From NCBI GenBank assembly GCA_965222225.1, contig CBDCTK010000002.1, positions 3,904,001 through 3,968,000 of the forward strand: a stretch of 64,000 bases of DNA, given 5' to 3'. Below, in pieces: positions 22,001 to 32,573 of this stretch. Under the pieces are notes generated by a model. That model did not search any database and had not been told where the DNA came from. It saw only the letters and a program-made list of their open reading frames with translations. The DNA comes from Candidatus Poribacteria bacterium (GTDB lineage Bacteria > Poribacteria > WGA-4E > JAJDTR01). Position 1 is the first letter of the stretch. Every line of letters begins with the position of its first letter. A program made the translations under genes and the position numbers.

Positions 22001-24295
22001 CTATTCATCAGCGGATGGTGTACTCGGCATCCGAAAACGCTCAATTCGCTTGATTGCATCCAATAACTTCTGTCTCACATCCCCTGTTTTTTCAATCACG
22101 GATTGGATTTGTCCGTTGAGGCGTTCCTTTTCCTCGTCGGTGAGGTCCATCGCTGTGCAAATCACAATTGGAATGTCACACGCCCCAGTATCTTCCGCCA
22201 GACGTTTTACAACTTGGAATCCATCTACCTCGGGCATTGCCAAATCCAGGATGATGAGAACCGGTGCCTCGGCAATTGCCAAATCAATTCCTTCCTGCCC
22301 CCCATAGGCTTTTAGCACGTCATATCCCTCGGATTCCAAAACGGTAGATAACAATCGGACCGCGTGTGGATCGTCATCGATTATGAGGATACGGACGCTG
22401 CCATTTTGTTCCGGAAGGCGCAATGACCGCAACGAGGCGAGAAGGGCGGTCTTATCAATCGGTTTTACAAGATGGTCCACCGCTCCCAACCCAAATCCCA
22501 ATTGACGTTCTTCGGTGATAGAGACAATTATAACGGGGATTGACTGCAGATCGGAATTCGCCTTTAGTGCTTTTAGAACTTGCCAGCCGTCCTTCTTCGG
22601 AAGCATGATGTCGAGGGTTATTGCAAACGGCTTGATTTCCGCCGCTTTGGCAATTGCCGCTTCACCATCTGTTGCGTATTCAACGCGATAACCCGCCTCC
22701 ATCAAATAAATTCCCAGCAGATGGGCAGCCTGTTTATTATCTTCAGCCACCAAGATAGTTCGGTTATCGGCAGAGGAAGGGAGATTCGCGGGAATTGGAG
22801 CGGGGCTTGAAGCTACATGCTGCTGCAACGGTAGTGTGAAGGAAAAGGTACTTCCTTCACCGACAGTGCTCTCGACCCATATCTCTCCACCGTGTAATTC
22901 AACCAGTCGCTTTGTCAGAGCGAGCCCTAAGCCCGTGCCTTCGTGCGCACGCGCTTTCGATGTGTCAACTTGGGTAAATGCGTGAAATAGCATCTCCTGA
23001 TCTTCCGGTGAAATACCCACGCCGGTATCAATCACCCGAATTAACAACGAGCTGTCCAAAATCTCAAGCTTGGTAGTCACCCGACCACCTTCATTCGTGA
23101 ACTTGACGCCGTTGGCAAGTAAGTTGTAGAGAATCTGCTTGAATTTGGTCTTGTCCGCTGTTATTGTAATATCTTGATTGAATTCCCGAGTGAGTTGAAT
23201 CCGTTTCTTGCGGGCTAAGGCATTAACGACCATACCCACCTCCTCCATAGTTTCTATGATGGAGAAGGCTTCAAAGTCTAAATCCATCGTCCCCGCCTCA
23301 ATCTTGGACAAGTCGAGGATGTCGTTAATCATGTCAAGGAGATGGCGCCCGCTCGTATGGATATCGGTCGCAAGCTCTTTCTGCTCCGGCTTTATTGGTC
23401 CGATAATCTCGTCCCGTAAGATTTCCGCGAACCCGATAATGGCGTTCAGTGGTGTACGCAGCTCATGGCTCATGTTGGCGAGGAAATCACTCTTCGCACG
23501 GTTCGCATATTCGGCTGCCTCTTTCGCCGCCTGCAATTCTACTTGTGCACGCACACGCTCCGTGATATCTCTGGAAATGCCGAAGGTGCCTATGATTTCC
23601 CCGGTCTTGTCAAATAACGGCGCTTTTGTCGATGATACCCAGGTGTCCTGCCCGATGGGCCAGGTCTCCTTTTCCTCCTTCGCTTCCATCGGTGCGCCCG
23701 ACCTTATCACTTCCTGCTCGTCTGCAAATGCCTGTTGCGCATGCTCCTCCGTGAAAAATTCGGCATCCGTCTTCCCGATTGCTTCTTCGGAATCGGAGAG
23801 ATGAAAAAGCTTGGTTATTGCTTTGTTAATTCGGATAAATCGACTTGCCATATCCTTAAAGTAAATATGATCGGACGTATTGTCCATGAACGTGTTCAAT
23901 AGGCTCTGTTCCTGTTCCAAGGCGTCTTCCGTTTGTTTTCGCCGCGTGATGTCTCTCCCGACGGCATAGTACAGACGTTTTTCGAGAGATATTGTGGCGC
24001 TCCATAGTATCCATCGATACCCCCCATCCTTGCACTGATAGCGATTTTCAAAGGAAACGACATCGCTGCCCGTTGCCATAATCGTCTGGGATTTGGCAAT
24101 TGTCGATTCTCGATCGTCGGGATGCACGAAGTCGATAAACGGCTTGGCTTTGAGTTCTTCAATTGTGAAACCGAGTGTTCGCTCCCATGCCGGATTCAAA
24201 TCAGCGAAATAGCCGTCAAAATTGGCAATGCACAGCATATCTAGCGAGAGTGTGAAAAAGCGTTCTCGCTCGGAGATGCCGTTGGGACGGTTCAT
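22001..24295 (-). CDS. Hybrid histidine kinase (PAS, PAS, HisKA, HATPase, REC, REC)
   Basis: FLANMSHELRTPLN, GTGLGLAL, two receiver domains. Confidence 0.95.
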   Translation of the reverse strand: MNRPNGISERERFFTLSLDMLCIANFDGYFADLNPAWERTLGFTIEELKAKPFIDFVHPDDRESTIAKSQTIMATGSDVVSFENRYQCKDGGYRWILWSATISLEKRLYYAVGRDITRRKQTEDALEQEQSLLNTFMDNTSDHIYFKDMASRFIRINKAITKLFHLSDSEEAIGKTDAEFFTEEHAQQAFADEQEVIRSGAPMEAKEEKETWPIGQDTWVSSTKAPLFDKTGEIIGTFGISRDITERVRAQVELQAAKEAAEYANRAKSDFLANMSHELRTPLNAIIGFAEILRDEIIGPIKPEQKELATDIHTSGRHLLDMINDILDLSKIEAGTMDLDFEAFSIIETMEEVGMVVNALARKKRIQLTREFNQDITITADKTKFKQILYNLLANGVKFTNEGGRVTTKLEILDSSLLIRVIDTGVGISPEDQEMLFHAFTQVDTSKARAHEGTGLGLALTKRLVELHGGEIWVESTVGEGSTFSFTLPLQQHVASSPAPIPANLPSSADNRTILVAEDNKQAAHLLGIYLMEAGYRVEYATDGEAAIAKAAEIKPFAITLDIMLPKKDGWQVLKALKANSDLQSIPVIIVSITEERQLGFGLGAVDHLVKPIDKTALLASLRSLRLPEQNGSVRILIIDDDPHAVRLLSTVLESEGYDVLKAYGGQEGIDLAIAEAPVLIILDLAMPEVDGFQVVKRLAEDTGACDIPIVICTAMDLTDEEKERLNGQIQSVIEKTGDVRQKLLDAIKRIERFRMPSTPSADE

Positions 24296-24310
24296 AACTT
24301 TTTCCTCTCT

Positions 24311-26128
24311 TCATTTTCTTTTCAAAACCAATAATGCCAAATCGTCAAACTGCTTAGCGTCTCCTTGAAATTCCGCCACGGTGTCGCGAATCTTGGTACA
24401 AATTTCGTTCGCGCACGCATGTCGTATGCCCTTCGCTAGATTATGCAATCGTTGCTCCTCAAACTGCTCGCCATTGGGGTCCACTGCGTCGGTCACGCCA
24501 TCGGTGTAAAGCAAAAGGGTATCTCCGCTATGTAGCCGAACTGTTTCCTGCTGATATTCCGCAATGTCGGCCAGGATATCGGCGGGGTACATCCCGACAA
24601 CCGATCCACCCTTTTCCAGCCGCGTCACACTGCCATCTCGACGTATGACGATTGGATAGTTATGTCCTGCGTTCACTGATGTCAACGCGCCTGTTTCCAT
24701 GTGCAATCGGGCGTAGACAAGGGTTGCGTAGGCATCGCTGATGCTGCCCTCATACAAGAGCGCATTTAACCGTATTGCCATGGCTAGCAAGTTGCTCTGT
24801 CTCGCAACCTCCGATCGTAAGGAGGTCCGAAGCATTACCATCAGCAGCGCAGCTTGCATCCCCTTGCCCGAAACGTCGGCAATCACAAATCCCCAGTTCC
24901 CGTCTGGCTCCTGAATGTAATCGAAGTAGTCTCCGCCTACGCCATCGTGATGCGGGATACTTAATCCGGCGACCTCGTAGCCCGGAATATCGGGCTGTGC
25001 CTTGGGCAACAGGTTCGCCTGGATTTGTGCCGCTTCTTCCATCTCCGCTTGTAATCGGCGTTTTTCAAGAGCTTCGTGGTAAAGACGCGCATTTTCAATC
25101 GAGACGCCGATTTGATGGGCAAAGGCTTCAAGCAGAATCCGATCCTCGTCGACGAAATCAAGAGAGGCGTTGTCCTGTCCCGCTTTGTCGCATACCGCCA
25201 ACACTCCCAAAATCTCTCGCCTGAAAATTGGAACGGCGATGAGATTCCTTCTACCGAACGGCGAGACCTGATTCGCATCGTTGCAAATCTGCGAAATGCC
25301 GGAAATAGCTACGTCCCGAAGTATCGAAAGTGCGGGCGCCCCGTCCTGTTGAACCTCCAAATCGACAACAACGCCTTGCAGATTGGTTGGAAATTCCGTA
25401 TCAAGCAGGACATGGCTCCTCACCTCAAGTCTTCTCGTATTGGGAGCAGTCAGCATAAGGTAGCCCATCCCGCTGTCCAAGAGAGGGACAACATGATTCA
25501 TTGCCGCCTTCTCAATGCTTTCCACATCCAGAAGTTTACTAATCTGAGCCGTGACATCGGACAGCAAAAGAAGGCGCAACTTGGCGGCACGCATCTCTTG
25601 CAATGCACGCGAATGCGCCATTGCGGTCGCAACACGGTTGGCTACTGTATTCAGCAATACATCAACCCATGCCTGTTTTTCAATCTCCATTGAAGGGATC
25701 CCGAGGGCAATAATGCCTATCAATTCCCCATCGGTCTGCAATGCCACCCATATCTCCGAGACGAGCCCATGCAGTTGTCGCATCATCCTGTCTCGAAGTG
25801 CCGTCAGAGATTTCGGTAGATTTGCGAGATGAATTGGCGACGATTGAAGGATTGCGCCAATCTCCTCTGATGTGACCGGAATGATGACCGATTTCGAGCG
25901 GGGGGTGATTGACGATTCGACATAAAAGTGACTCTTGGCAGGGTCAAGGCGTAGAATTGCTCCCTCTCTCGCTTCCAGCGCATCCAGAGTTAGCCGTAGA
26001 TATGCTTCATCCAAGCACTCAAATCCATCCTGTCTAGAAATGAATGTTTCACCAATTTGTTCAAGTTTGGACAGGAATGAAAGCAGTCGACTCATGCTTT
26101 CCTCGGAGGAAGCATACTTCATCTGCAC
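24311..26128 (-). CDS. GAF-domain PP2C/SpoIIE phosphatase (RsbU-like)
   Basis: GAF domains, VGGDYFDY, ADVSGKG, LYTDG, FDDL. Confidence 0.92.
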   Translation of the reverse strand: MQMKYASSEESMSRLLSFLSKLEQIGETFISRQDGFECLDEAYLRLTLDALEAREGAILRLDPAKSHFYVESSITPRSKSVIIPVTSEEIGAILQSSPIHLANLPKSLTALRDRMMRQLHGLVSEIWVALQTDGELIGIIALGIPSMEIEKQAWVDVLLNTVANRVATAMAHSRALQEMRAAKLRLLLLSDVTAQISKLLDVESIEKAAMNHVVPLLDSGMGYLMLTAPNTRRLEVRSHVLLDTEFPTNLQGVVVDLEVQQDGAPALSILRDVAISGISQICNDANQVSPFGRRNLIAVPIFRREILGVLAVCDKAGQDNASLDFVDEDRILLEAFAHQIGVSIENARLYHEALEKRRLQAEMEEAAQIQANLLPKAQPDIPGYEVAGLSIPHHDGVGGDYFDYIQEPDGNWGFVIADVSGKGMQAALLMVMLRTSLRSEVARQSNLLAMAIRLNALLYEGSISDAYATLVYARLHMETGALTSVNAGHNYPIVIRRDGSVTRLEKGGSVVGMYPADILADIAEYQQETVRLHSGDTLLLYTDGVTDAVDPNGEQFEEQRLHNLAKGIRHACANEICTKIRDTVAEFQGDAKQFDDLALLVLKRK

Positions 26129-26266
26129 ACCTTGTAAAGAATTGTCGAGACATTAGGCGCTAAGCGTGCCGCAGCTATCGCGTTTCTACGACGTTAGCGA
26201 CCCCGAATAATCTGTTCTCGGCGATGCACTACCGATACACACCATCAAACGAAACACCCTCTCGAA

Positions 26267-26611
26267 TCAGGATGCGAGCGCTGTAACCGCAGCCTTCTCG
26301 CTATCGAAATGTTCGAAAGTGCTAATTAAGCGACTTCTGATAATCAGGCTTTTGATATTTGTGCCGACGTGGATGATACCGATTCGTCCCCCCTGTTTTG
26401 CGATTGATACGTGGGTTCCCATCAACGTTCCGAGTCCCGAACTGTCCATCATTGTCACATCGGCGAAATCGATCAACAGCCTTGGATTTTCCCCGCTGTC
26501 GGGTAGCTCGTTATCAATTGTCTGTCTGAGTTCCGTAACGGCCCTTCCAATCAGCTTGCCGCTGGGCTTCAAAATTATAACGCCATCCTCTTGAGCCACG
26601 TCAATTGCCAT
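26267..26611 (-). CDS. STAS anti-sigma factor antagonist
   Basis: LIDFADVTMMDSSGLG; start moved to the ATG at 26611, which follows AGGAGG. Confidence 0.88.
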   Translation of the reverse strand: MAIDVAQEDGVIILKPSGKLIGRAVTELRQTIDNELPDSGENPRLLIDFADVTMMDSSGLGTLMGTHVSIAKQGGRIGIIHVGTNIKSLIIRSRLISTFEHFDSEKAAVTALAS

Positions 26612-26983
26612 TTTTTGCCCTCCTGAAAAAGTTGCCAAGTCGATTAATTTATTGCGTTGAAGTTTGAAATGTAACAAAGATAGACACACAGGTTTGTGCG
26701 ATTGCCTTTCCGTAAAACGGCGAATTCTTCGCCTGTCCAAGTCTTTCGAAAGCACCGCGTCTCTCATCTATCACGTGTTATTGCCTGCAAACACTAAAAC
26801 CACGGTATTTGTTCCATCGCTGATTCTAAAGGATATATGACCTTTTGTCAAGCCTTCAACACAGAGAATCGTATCCGGTTGCACCTGCAAAATCGGTTGA
26901 CCCCTGTTTGGCGTTGTGTTAGAATTTAGATTGTCATTACAACACACCAACCAAAGTAGGTTTGAGGAGAGTGCGACGAGATC

Positions 26984-28246
26984 GTGCAGTTCCCGGGCTT
27001 TAATCACAATGCAATAATCCCGTACATCATTATCCTGGCGTATTTTTCTCTCATCGTAGAATTCTCCTTGGTCACCCACTCCTTTTTATATGCACGCCGA
27101 GAGCGAAAAACGAAACGTCCACACTATGCGCCGAAAGCCGCAATTATTGCCCCCCACTACGGCTGGGATGCCCAAACCGAGGAGAGCGTCAAACCGTTGC
27201 TAACTCAAGATTATGCGGGCGAATATGAGGTGTTCTTTGTGACTCACGCCGTTGGCGAGTTGGACTGCGACCCTTCATATTCGCATCTCGGCAGACTCGC
27301 TGAAGAACACCTCCATGTACGCGCACTCTTGGCGCCTAATGTTATCGACAATGCTCTTCCCCGCTCCCAAAAGGTGCAGAACCTCATAACCGCAATAACG
27401 GAATTGCCCGATGATGTTGAGATTATCGCTTTTGTTGATGCAGACGTGACCGTCAGGGAAGATTGGCTGAGGCTGTTGGTCGAACCCCTCCAGGACCCGC
27501 GAATCGGCGCGACCGTAGGAGCAAGGTTCTACTACCCCCACACTCTCAATCTCCCGTCACTCGTGGAAGCTATCTGGGTCAACTTTCAGATTTCGACGCA
27601 AGGCGACCACCATTTTACAATGGTATGGGGTGGCTCCAATGCGATTCGCCGTAATTTAATTAGGGACGCAAACGTCCTGCAGCGCTGGGAAAACGCCGCC
27701 ATCGAAGATCACAATCTAACTCATGCCGTGAGAGATTCAAAACTCAAGGTGCATTTTGTTCCGGACTGCGTCGTAATAACACATACGATGAATCGCACAT
27801 GGAGGCAAGTTCTGGAATTTACAAACCGCCAGATGATCATGACGTACAGAATGGCGTTACGTGCACAGTGGGGTTTGAGTTTGGTGGCCTTGCTCCCTAA
27901 GGCGCTTATCGTGCTTGCGTCTATTGCGCTCCTGCCGTTTTACTTCGATCAGCGGTACCTGTGGCTCGTTCTTCTTATACCACTCATTGAAATCCAGACC
28001 TATCGCATTTTCGCATTGAATCTACCCAAAGTGCTCAGAGATATGGACGGCTTTCGCGACAACATCAGAATGTCCTCATTCGTCACGCCAATCTCGATGT
28101 TTGTTGCGGGGTTGAACGCGGTGTACACCGTGTTTCAGGACAAAATTATTTGGGGCGGCGTGCAGTACAAAATTCTCTCCGCGACCACATGTCAGGTCTT
28201 GGGCCGCGTCTCCGACGCTACGGATAAGACGGAAGATAATCAGTAG
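26984..28246 (+). CDS. Membrane GT2/GT21 glycosyltransferase (ceramide glucosyltransferase/HpnI-like)
   Basis: SQKVQNL, FVDAD, IEDH, RQ motif, TM segments. Confidence 0.8.
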   Translation: MQFPGFNHNAIIPYIIILAYFSLIVEFSLVTHSFLYARRERKTKRPHYAPKAAIIAPHYGWDAQTEESVKPLLTQDYAGEYEVFFVTHAVGELDCDPSYSHLGRLAEEHLHVRALLAPNVIDNALPRSQKVQNLITAITELPDDVEIIAFVDADVTVREDWLRLLVEPLQDPRIGATVGARFYYPHTLNLPSLVEAIWVNFQISTQGDHHFTMVWGGSNAIRRNLIRDANVLQRWENAAIEDHNLTHAVRDSKLKVHFVPDCVVITHTMNRTWRQVLEFTNRQMIMTYRMALRAQWGLSLVALLPKALIVLASIALLPFYFDQRYLWLVLLIPLIEIQTYRIFALNLPKVLRDMDGFRDNIRMSSFVTPISMFVAGLNAVYTVFQDKIIWGGVQYKILSATTCQVLGRVSDATDKTEDNQ

Positions 28247-28377
28247 TTATCATGCATATATTAGCAATCAATGATCGGTATGATTGTGTGCGGCATAGTA
28301 GTAGGGAATGCAGATCTGCGTTCCCCACAATCGTGAAGGGACGTACGTCCTATAATAAATGCACGTATTGACATTCA

Positions 28378-28644
28378 GAGCTTGTTTGAAAATTCATTTC
28401 GGGAAGAGCTTTTGCCCTGAAACCGATCAAATGAGCGAATAGCGAATGCGATAGAAATCCCTATTTTCTTGAAAACTCCGTTTCTTTCTTGCGCAAACCC
28501 GTAGGGTGCGCGCTGGGATCAAGGGAGCGAATAGTGAGTGCGATAGAAATCCTGACAGGTGTATAGCAGGCGACCACAAAAGCATGAAAAAGCCGCGCCC
28601 ACAGTGACCGAAATTGCTTTGCCACCTATTATTCAAACAGGCTC
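28378..28644. mobile_element. MITE family 1 (TCA duplication) with two micro-element insertions (28426-28461, 28518-28553)
   Basis: TCA-GAGCTTGTTTGAA...TTCAAACAGGCTC-TCA; otherwise nearly identical to 53759-53983. Confidence 0.85.
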
Positions 28645-28734
28645 TCAAGTAATACCATTTCGTTTGAATAGCAGTGCATAGAGTGAAATAATTATCTCGT
28701 TAGGACTTACGCGGTGGAGCACCCGGTAGGAGCG

Positions 28735-28769
28735 ATCAAACGAATGGATAACGAGTGCGATAGAGATCC
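28735..28769 (+). mobile_element. Micro-element inside a GTAGGAGCG REP
   Basis: GTAGGAGCG[ATCAAACGAATGGATAACGAGTGCGATAGAGATCC]GTCTCTCGCTCGCGAC. Confidence 0.85.
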
Positions 28770-29054
28770 GTCTCTCGCTCGCGACAGGAGGTCGCGAGGA
28801 AAGTCCGCTCCGACAGAAGACGCGCAATAAATTGCGCTACTACAAATCAAACCAAGCAAATCCAACACGTGTAATTCTTAATTGCAATGACTATAAGAGT
28901 TCCCGGTTAGGCATGCACCGGCATCCGTAGGGGTTGGGTCTACCAACCCTTGTGCCTCCCTCGAATTACGCACACGCCTAGCATAAATGTCAACAGAACC
29001 TAATACGGTATCTGACAAAAATTAACAATCTCTGGCTTCCAGAAAGGAAAAATA

Positions 29055-30275
29055 ATGCCAACACGGAGTCGAATTTCACCACGTTTCTTCGTCAACCAAC
29101 TCGCAACCGCCCTAACCGATGATTGGCAAACCGCCTACTCGCTCGCCAAGTATCAGGTTGCCAAAGAAAGTTTCAACTTGAGACACCCCTTCGGTGGCAA
29201 ACACGGAAAGGGAGACAGCGTGCAACTGGTCAGTTTGCGAATCACGGATATGTGTAACCTCAGGTGCCATTCCTGCGGACAGTGGGGTGATAACGGCTAC
29301 CTGCTCGGTGAATCTCTTAAAGAGCTGAAACAGCGCGAAGTCCCTGTCGAGGTGTATAAGCAGCTGGTCGATCAGATTGTTGACGCCGGCTGGTCGCCTG
29401 TATGGTACATCTGGGGCGGCGAGCCGATGCTTTATCCCGGATTGATTGAACTGTTGCACTACATCTCCGAACGCGGCATGACAATTTCGCTCGTGAGCAA
29501 TGCCACCAACATTGCTAGACGCGCCGATGATATCTTGGAGACCTGCAAAATCATCTATTTGAGCGTTGACGGACCAAACGAGGAAATTCACAACATGCAA
29601 CGCCCCGGAGTTACCGAGAATTACGACAACTTTACGGACGTAAAAGCAGCGCTGGAGACCTTGAGCGCCGAGAAGGAACGTCGGAATGTGGCGTTTCCCT
29701 ATATCGTTCCGTTGAGTTGTATCACCATGTACAATATCGACGATGTCGTGGATCTGTATAAATTTACAAGTCAATTTGCCGATGCGCAAATCTTCTATCT
29801 TACATGGTGGATGGACTCGCATTCCGCTCAGGCGCATACGGAGGATTTTGAACGGCGCTTCGGCTTCAAGCCGCAAACCCATTACGGCTGGATCGGTACA
29901 TGGAAAGATTTCGATCACGGCGCGATTTTTAATCGATTTGAGGAAATGGAGAAACTATCGGAGACGCAACGGCGTTGCCCTCCCTTGATGATGCCGCACC
30001 TTAATACGCGCGAAGAAATTCAGACCTACTATACGGATCACAACGAAACCTTCAACTACAATCAATGCGTCAGCATCTATATGACGATGGAGATTGACAG
30101 CAACGGCGATGTCAGCCTCTGCCGCGACTACCACGACTACATCATCGGCAACATCAAGACCGACACCGTGATGGACATGTGGAACAACGAAAAAGCGCGG
30201 AAGTTCAGGACCTCAATCAGCTCGGACGGGATTATGCCCGTATGCCGTCGCTGCTGCGGACTCATGGGCTATTAG
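29055..30275 (+). CDS. Radical SAM protein with SPASM/twitch domain
   Basis: CNLRCHSC, WGGEP, C-terminal C...GDVSLC...CRRCC. Confidence 0.92.
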   Translation: MPTRSRISPRFFVNQLATALTDDWQTAYSLAKYQVAKESFNLRHPFGGKHGKGDSVQLVSLRITDMCNLRCHSCGQWGDNGYLLGESLKELKQREVPVEVYKQLVDQIVDAGWSPVWYIWGGEPMLYPGLIELLHYISERGMTISLVSNATNIARRADDILETCKIIYLSVDGPNEEIHNMQRPGVTENYDNFTDVKAALETLSAEKERRNVAFPYIVPLSCITMYNIDDVVDLYKFTSQFADAQIFYLTWWMDSHSAQAHTEDFERRFGFKPQTHYGWIGTWKDFDHGAIFNRFEEMEKLSETQRRCPPLMMPHLNTREEIQTYYTDHNETFNYNQCVSIYMTMEIDSNGDVSLCRDYHDYIIGNIKTDTVMDMWNNEKARKFRTSISSDGIMPVCRRCCGLMGY

Positions 30276-30359
30276 TCATTCTCTAATCGGTGCCCTCTCT
30301 GGCTGCTCCGTCTGGATTGGCAAACCCGGAATGATCGGATTGTCAGTCAGCGGGAGTTT

Positions 30360-30438
30360 GTAGGGTGGGCACTGCCCACCGTCTTTTGTAGGGTGCACAC
30401 TGCGATCAAGGGAATTGAAATTGATTGCGATAGAGACT
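30360..30438 (+). repeat. GTAG REPs with a divergent micro-element at 30405
   Basis: GTAGGGTGCACACTGCG[ATCAAGGGAATTGAAATTGATTGCGATAGAGAC]. Confidence 0.7.
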
Positions 30439-30656
30439 ATTTTGTCCCGCATTGGAAAGATGTACCATTACTCGTAGGCCAAGTTCCGTAGACGGGGCAT
30501 CTTGCCCCGTATTGGAAAAACTTGATTGACACCTCTAATGCCCGGCAAATTAAGACAAATCGTATTCCTAGCTTCCAACCCGCCCGTTTGGAGGGCGAAT
30601 CCGATTCCCGCTGACGATATCGCCAATCATCCGACAGCATACACAGCGCCTCTTTT

Positions 30657-31562
30657 ATGTACACAATCCTCGCCATCCTTCTGACCTCCATCTGCTCATT
30701 AGGGCATTCGGTAGATGTACCACCGAGTGAGGCCCAACCTACAGAAAAACAGTTGCTCTATGCCGAGCAACTCTTCGACGCCCGTACCTACAGTCCCTCC
30801 ATTCTTGAGTACAAGCGTTTCCTTTTTTACCAACCACATACCGAAATGGCGGATTTTGCCCGCTATCGCATTGTCCAAGCGCACTACTACCAAGGTAACC
30901 GCGGATACTCCCGGCAACTTTTCGGGGAATTCATGGAAACCTTTCCCGAATCTCCGCTGTATCACCACGCCCAGCTAATGCTCGGAAAAACTCACCTGGA
31001 CGACCAAGAATACGCCACGGCTCGATCTACTTTCTTTCGGATTCTGCAAGCAAATGGAGATGAACGTTTGTTGGTACAAGCCCAATACCTGCGCGGATGG
31101 TGCTATGTACACGATCGAAACTGGTTTAAGGCGATAGCAGAATTCCGCAACGTCCATCAACTGCGCGGGGAGAATCGTCAGGCTGGAACTTTAGACGCCC
31201 GTTTGGAACAAACCGCTACCAAACTTGCCGACACAACCCTCGCCAATACACCGTTGCCGTTAAAGTCGCCGAAACTTGCCCAACTGTTGTCCACGGTTGT
31301 CCCCGGGAGCGGGCAAATCTACGCCGGCAAGACCCGCAACGGTCTTATCTCTTTAGGAATCAATGCCGCATTTTTTTACCTGTTAACGGATTCGGTTGTC
31401 GATAAGCGTTACGTTGATGCGGTGGGAATCTTTCTGGTGGGTTCCCGGTTCTATTCGGGAAATCGCCACAATGCGAAGAAGTGGGCGATGGAGCATAACC
31501 GAGATCTTGAGACGGGCTTGATTGAGCGATTAAAAAATATCGAGCGTGAAATCATTGAATAG
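30657..31562 (+). CDS. TPR (BamD-like) protein with a C-terminal membrane segment
   Basis: Signal peptide, TPR helices, LSTVVPGSGQIYAG. Confidence 0.75.
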   Translation: MYTILAILLTSICSLGHSVDVPPSEAQPTEKQLLYAEQLFDARTYSPSILEYKRFLFYQPHTEMADFARYRIVQAHYYQGNRGYSRQLFGEFMETFPESPLYHHAQLMLGKTHLDDQEYATARSTFFRILQANGDERLLVQAQYLRGWCYVHDRNWFKAIAEFRNVHQLRGENRQAGTLDARLEQTATKLADTTLANTPLPLKSPKLAQLLSTVVPGSGQIYAGKTRNGLISLGINAAFFYLLTDSVVDKRYVDAVGIFLVGSRFYSGNRHNAKKWAMEHNRDLETGLIERLKNIEREIIE

Positions 31563-31604
31563 CGCGATAATTGTTAGGAATTACGCAGTTCGGTTGTAGT
31601 AGCG

Positions 31605-31651
31605 ATCAAGGAAGATCAAGCGAATGTATATAGTGAATGCGATAGATGTCT
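31605..31651 (+). mobile_element. Micro-element nest; continues at 32452-32483 after the IS1 insertion
   Basis: GTAGTAGCG-ATCAAGGAAG-ATCAAGCGAATGTATATAGTGAATGCGATAGATGTCT. Confidence 0.75.
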
Positions 31652-32451
31652 GAGAGTGTTTACACAAAGATAGATAAGGCAATCTGCTGATACTGACGGA
31701 AGACCTCTTGGTCGGTCAAAGCAGTCCATAACTTCATGGCATTGTCCACCATCTCAAGTTTCTTGGATACTATTTTGGTGCGGCGTGTGAATCGTCCAAG
31801 ATGATGGCGTGTATTGCTGTTATCACGTTCGACTGTTGCTGTCCCTGATTTCCCGATGTGATGACGCTCCGCAGGAAGTACCTTGGCAAACGCTTCCCAA
31901 TTGCCAGTGTAATACTGGCAATCACTTAAGTGTTTCACTTTGTCGAATAGCCGTCTGAAGGTATGAGCATCACGACCACCGATAACCCAGGCAACGGTTT
32001 TGCCTGTTTCACGAGAAACTGCTTTGTGAATCCATCTTTTGTTTTTTTTGACCCGATAAAATGCCACATCTCATCAAATTCCAATTCACGGGTGTTGATT
32101 GGAATCTCAGGCTCCGACAACAGGGCTGCTTCCTTTGCAAGCCATTTTTGAACAGTACTTGGCGATACATTAAACAAGTTGGCAATAGTGCCATAAGATG
32201 CTTTTGCAAGGGAGTAAAGAATTACTGCAAAAGCACGCTTGATGGTGGTTTGAGGGTTGGTTCTCTCGTCTCCCTCAACGAAATTATAACCGCACGTTTT
32301 ACAACGGTATCGCTGTTTGGAACGAACGAATCCGTTTTTCGTGACTTCCGAACTATGACAGTTCTTACAGTTTGACATAATGTCTCCTTCCTGACCTTTC
32401 TGGTTAGTTAGAAGAATTATATCATAAATCTATCTATATGGCAATACTCTC
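31652..32451 (-). mobile_element. IS1-family insertion sequence, 800 bp
   Basis: Imperfect TIRs GAGAGTGTTTAC / GAGAGTATTGCC; 8-bp direct repeat AGATGTCT at 31644-31651 and 32452-32459. Confidence 0.92.
31660..32378 (-). CDS. IS1-family transposase InsAB (programmed -1 frameshift)
   Basis: InsA zinc ribbon CKNC...YRCKTC plus HTH; ELEFDEMWHFI; A8C slippery run at ~32041-32049; InsB VERDNSNTRHHLGRFTRRT. Confidence 0.9.
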
Positions 32452-32573
32452 AGATGTCTTATAGCGACTCCAATAGAGAACCCTTCATTGTGAGTCTTCT
32501 GTAGGAGCGAGTTTTACTCGCGACTGGGAGATTAATTCTACAGGATTCCAATCCGTTTCATCTGCGTAATCCG

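Noticed and set aside
29112-29918. Long antisense ORFs (268 aa here; also 23208-23804, 25076-25693, 43203-43847, 46813-47415)
   Set aside because: They are shadows of well-supported genes on the opposite strand and have no recognisable motifs.
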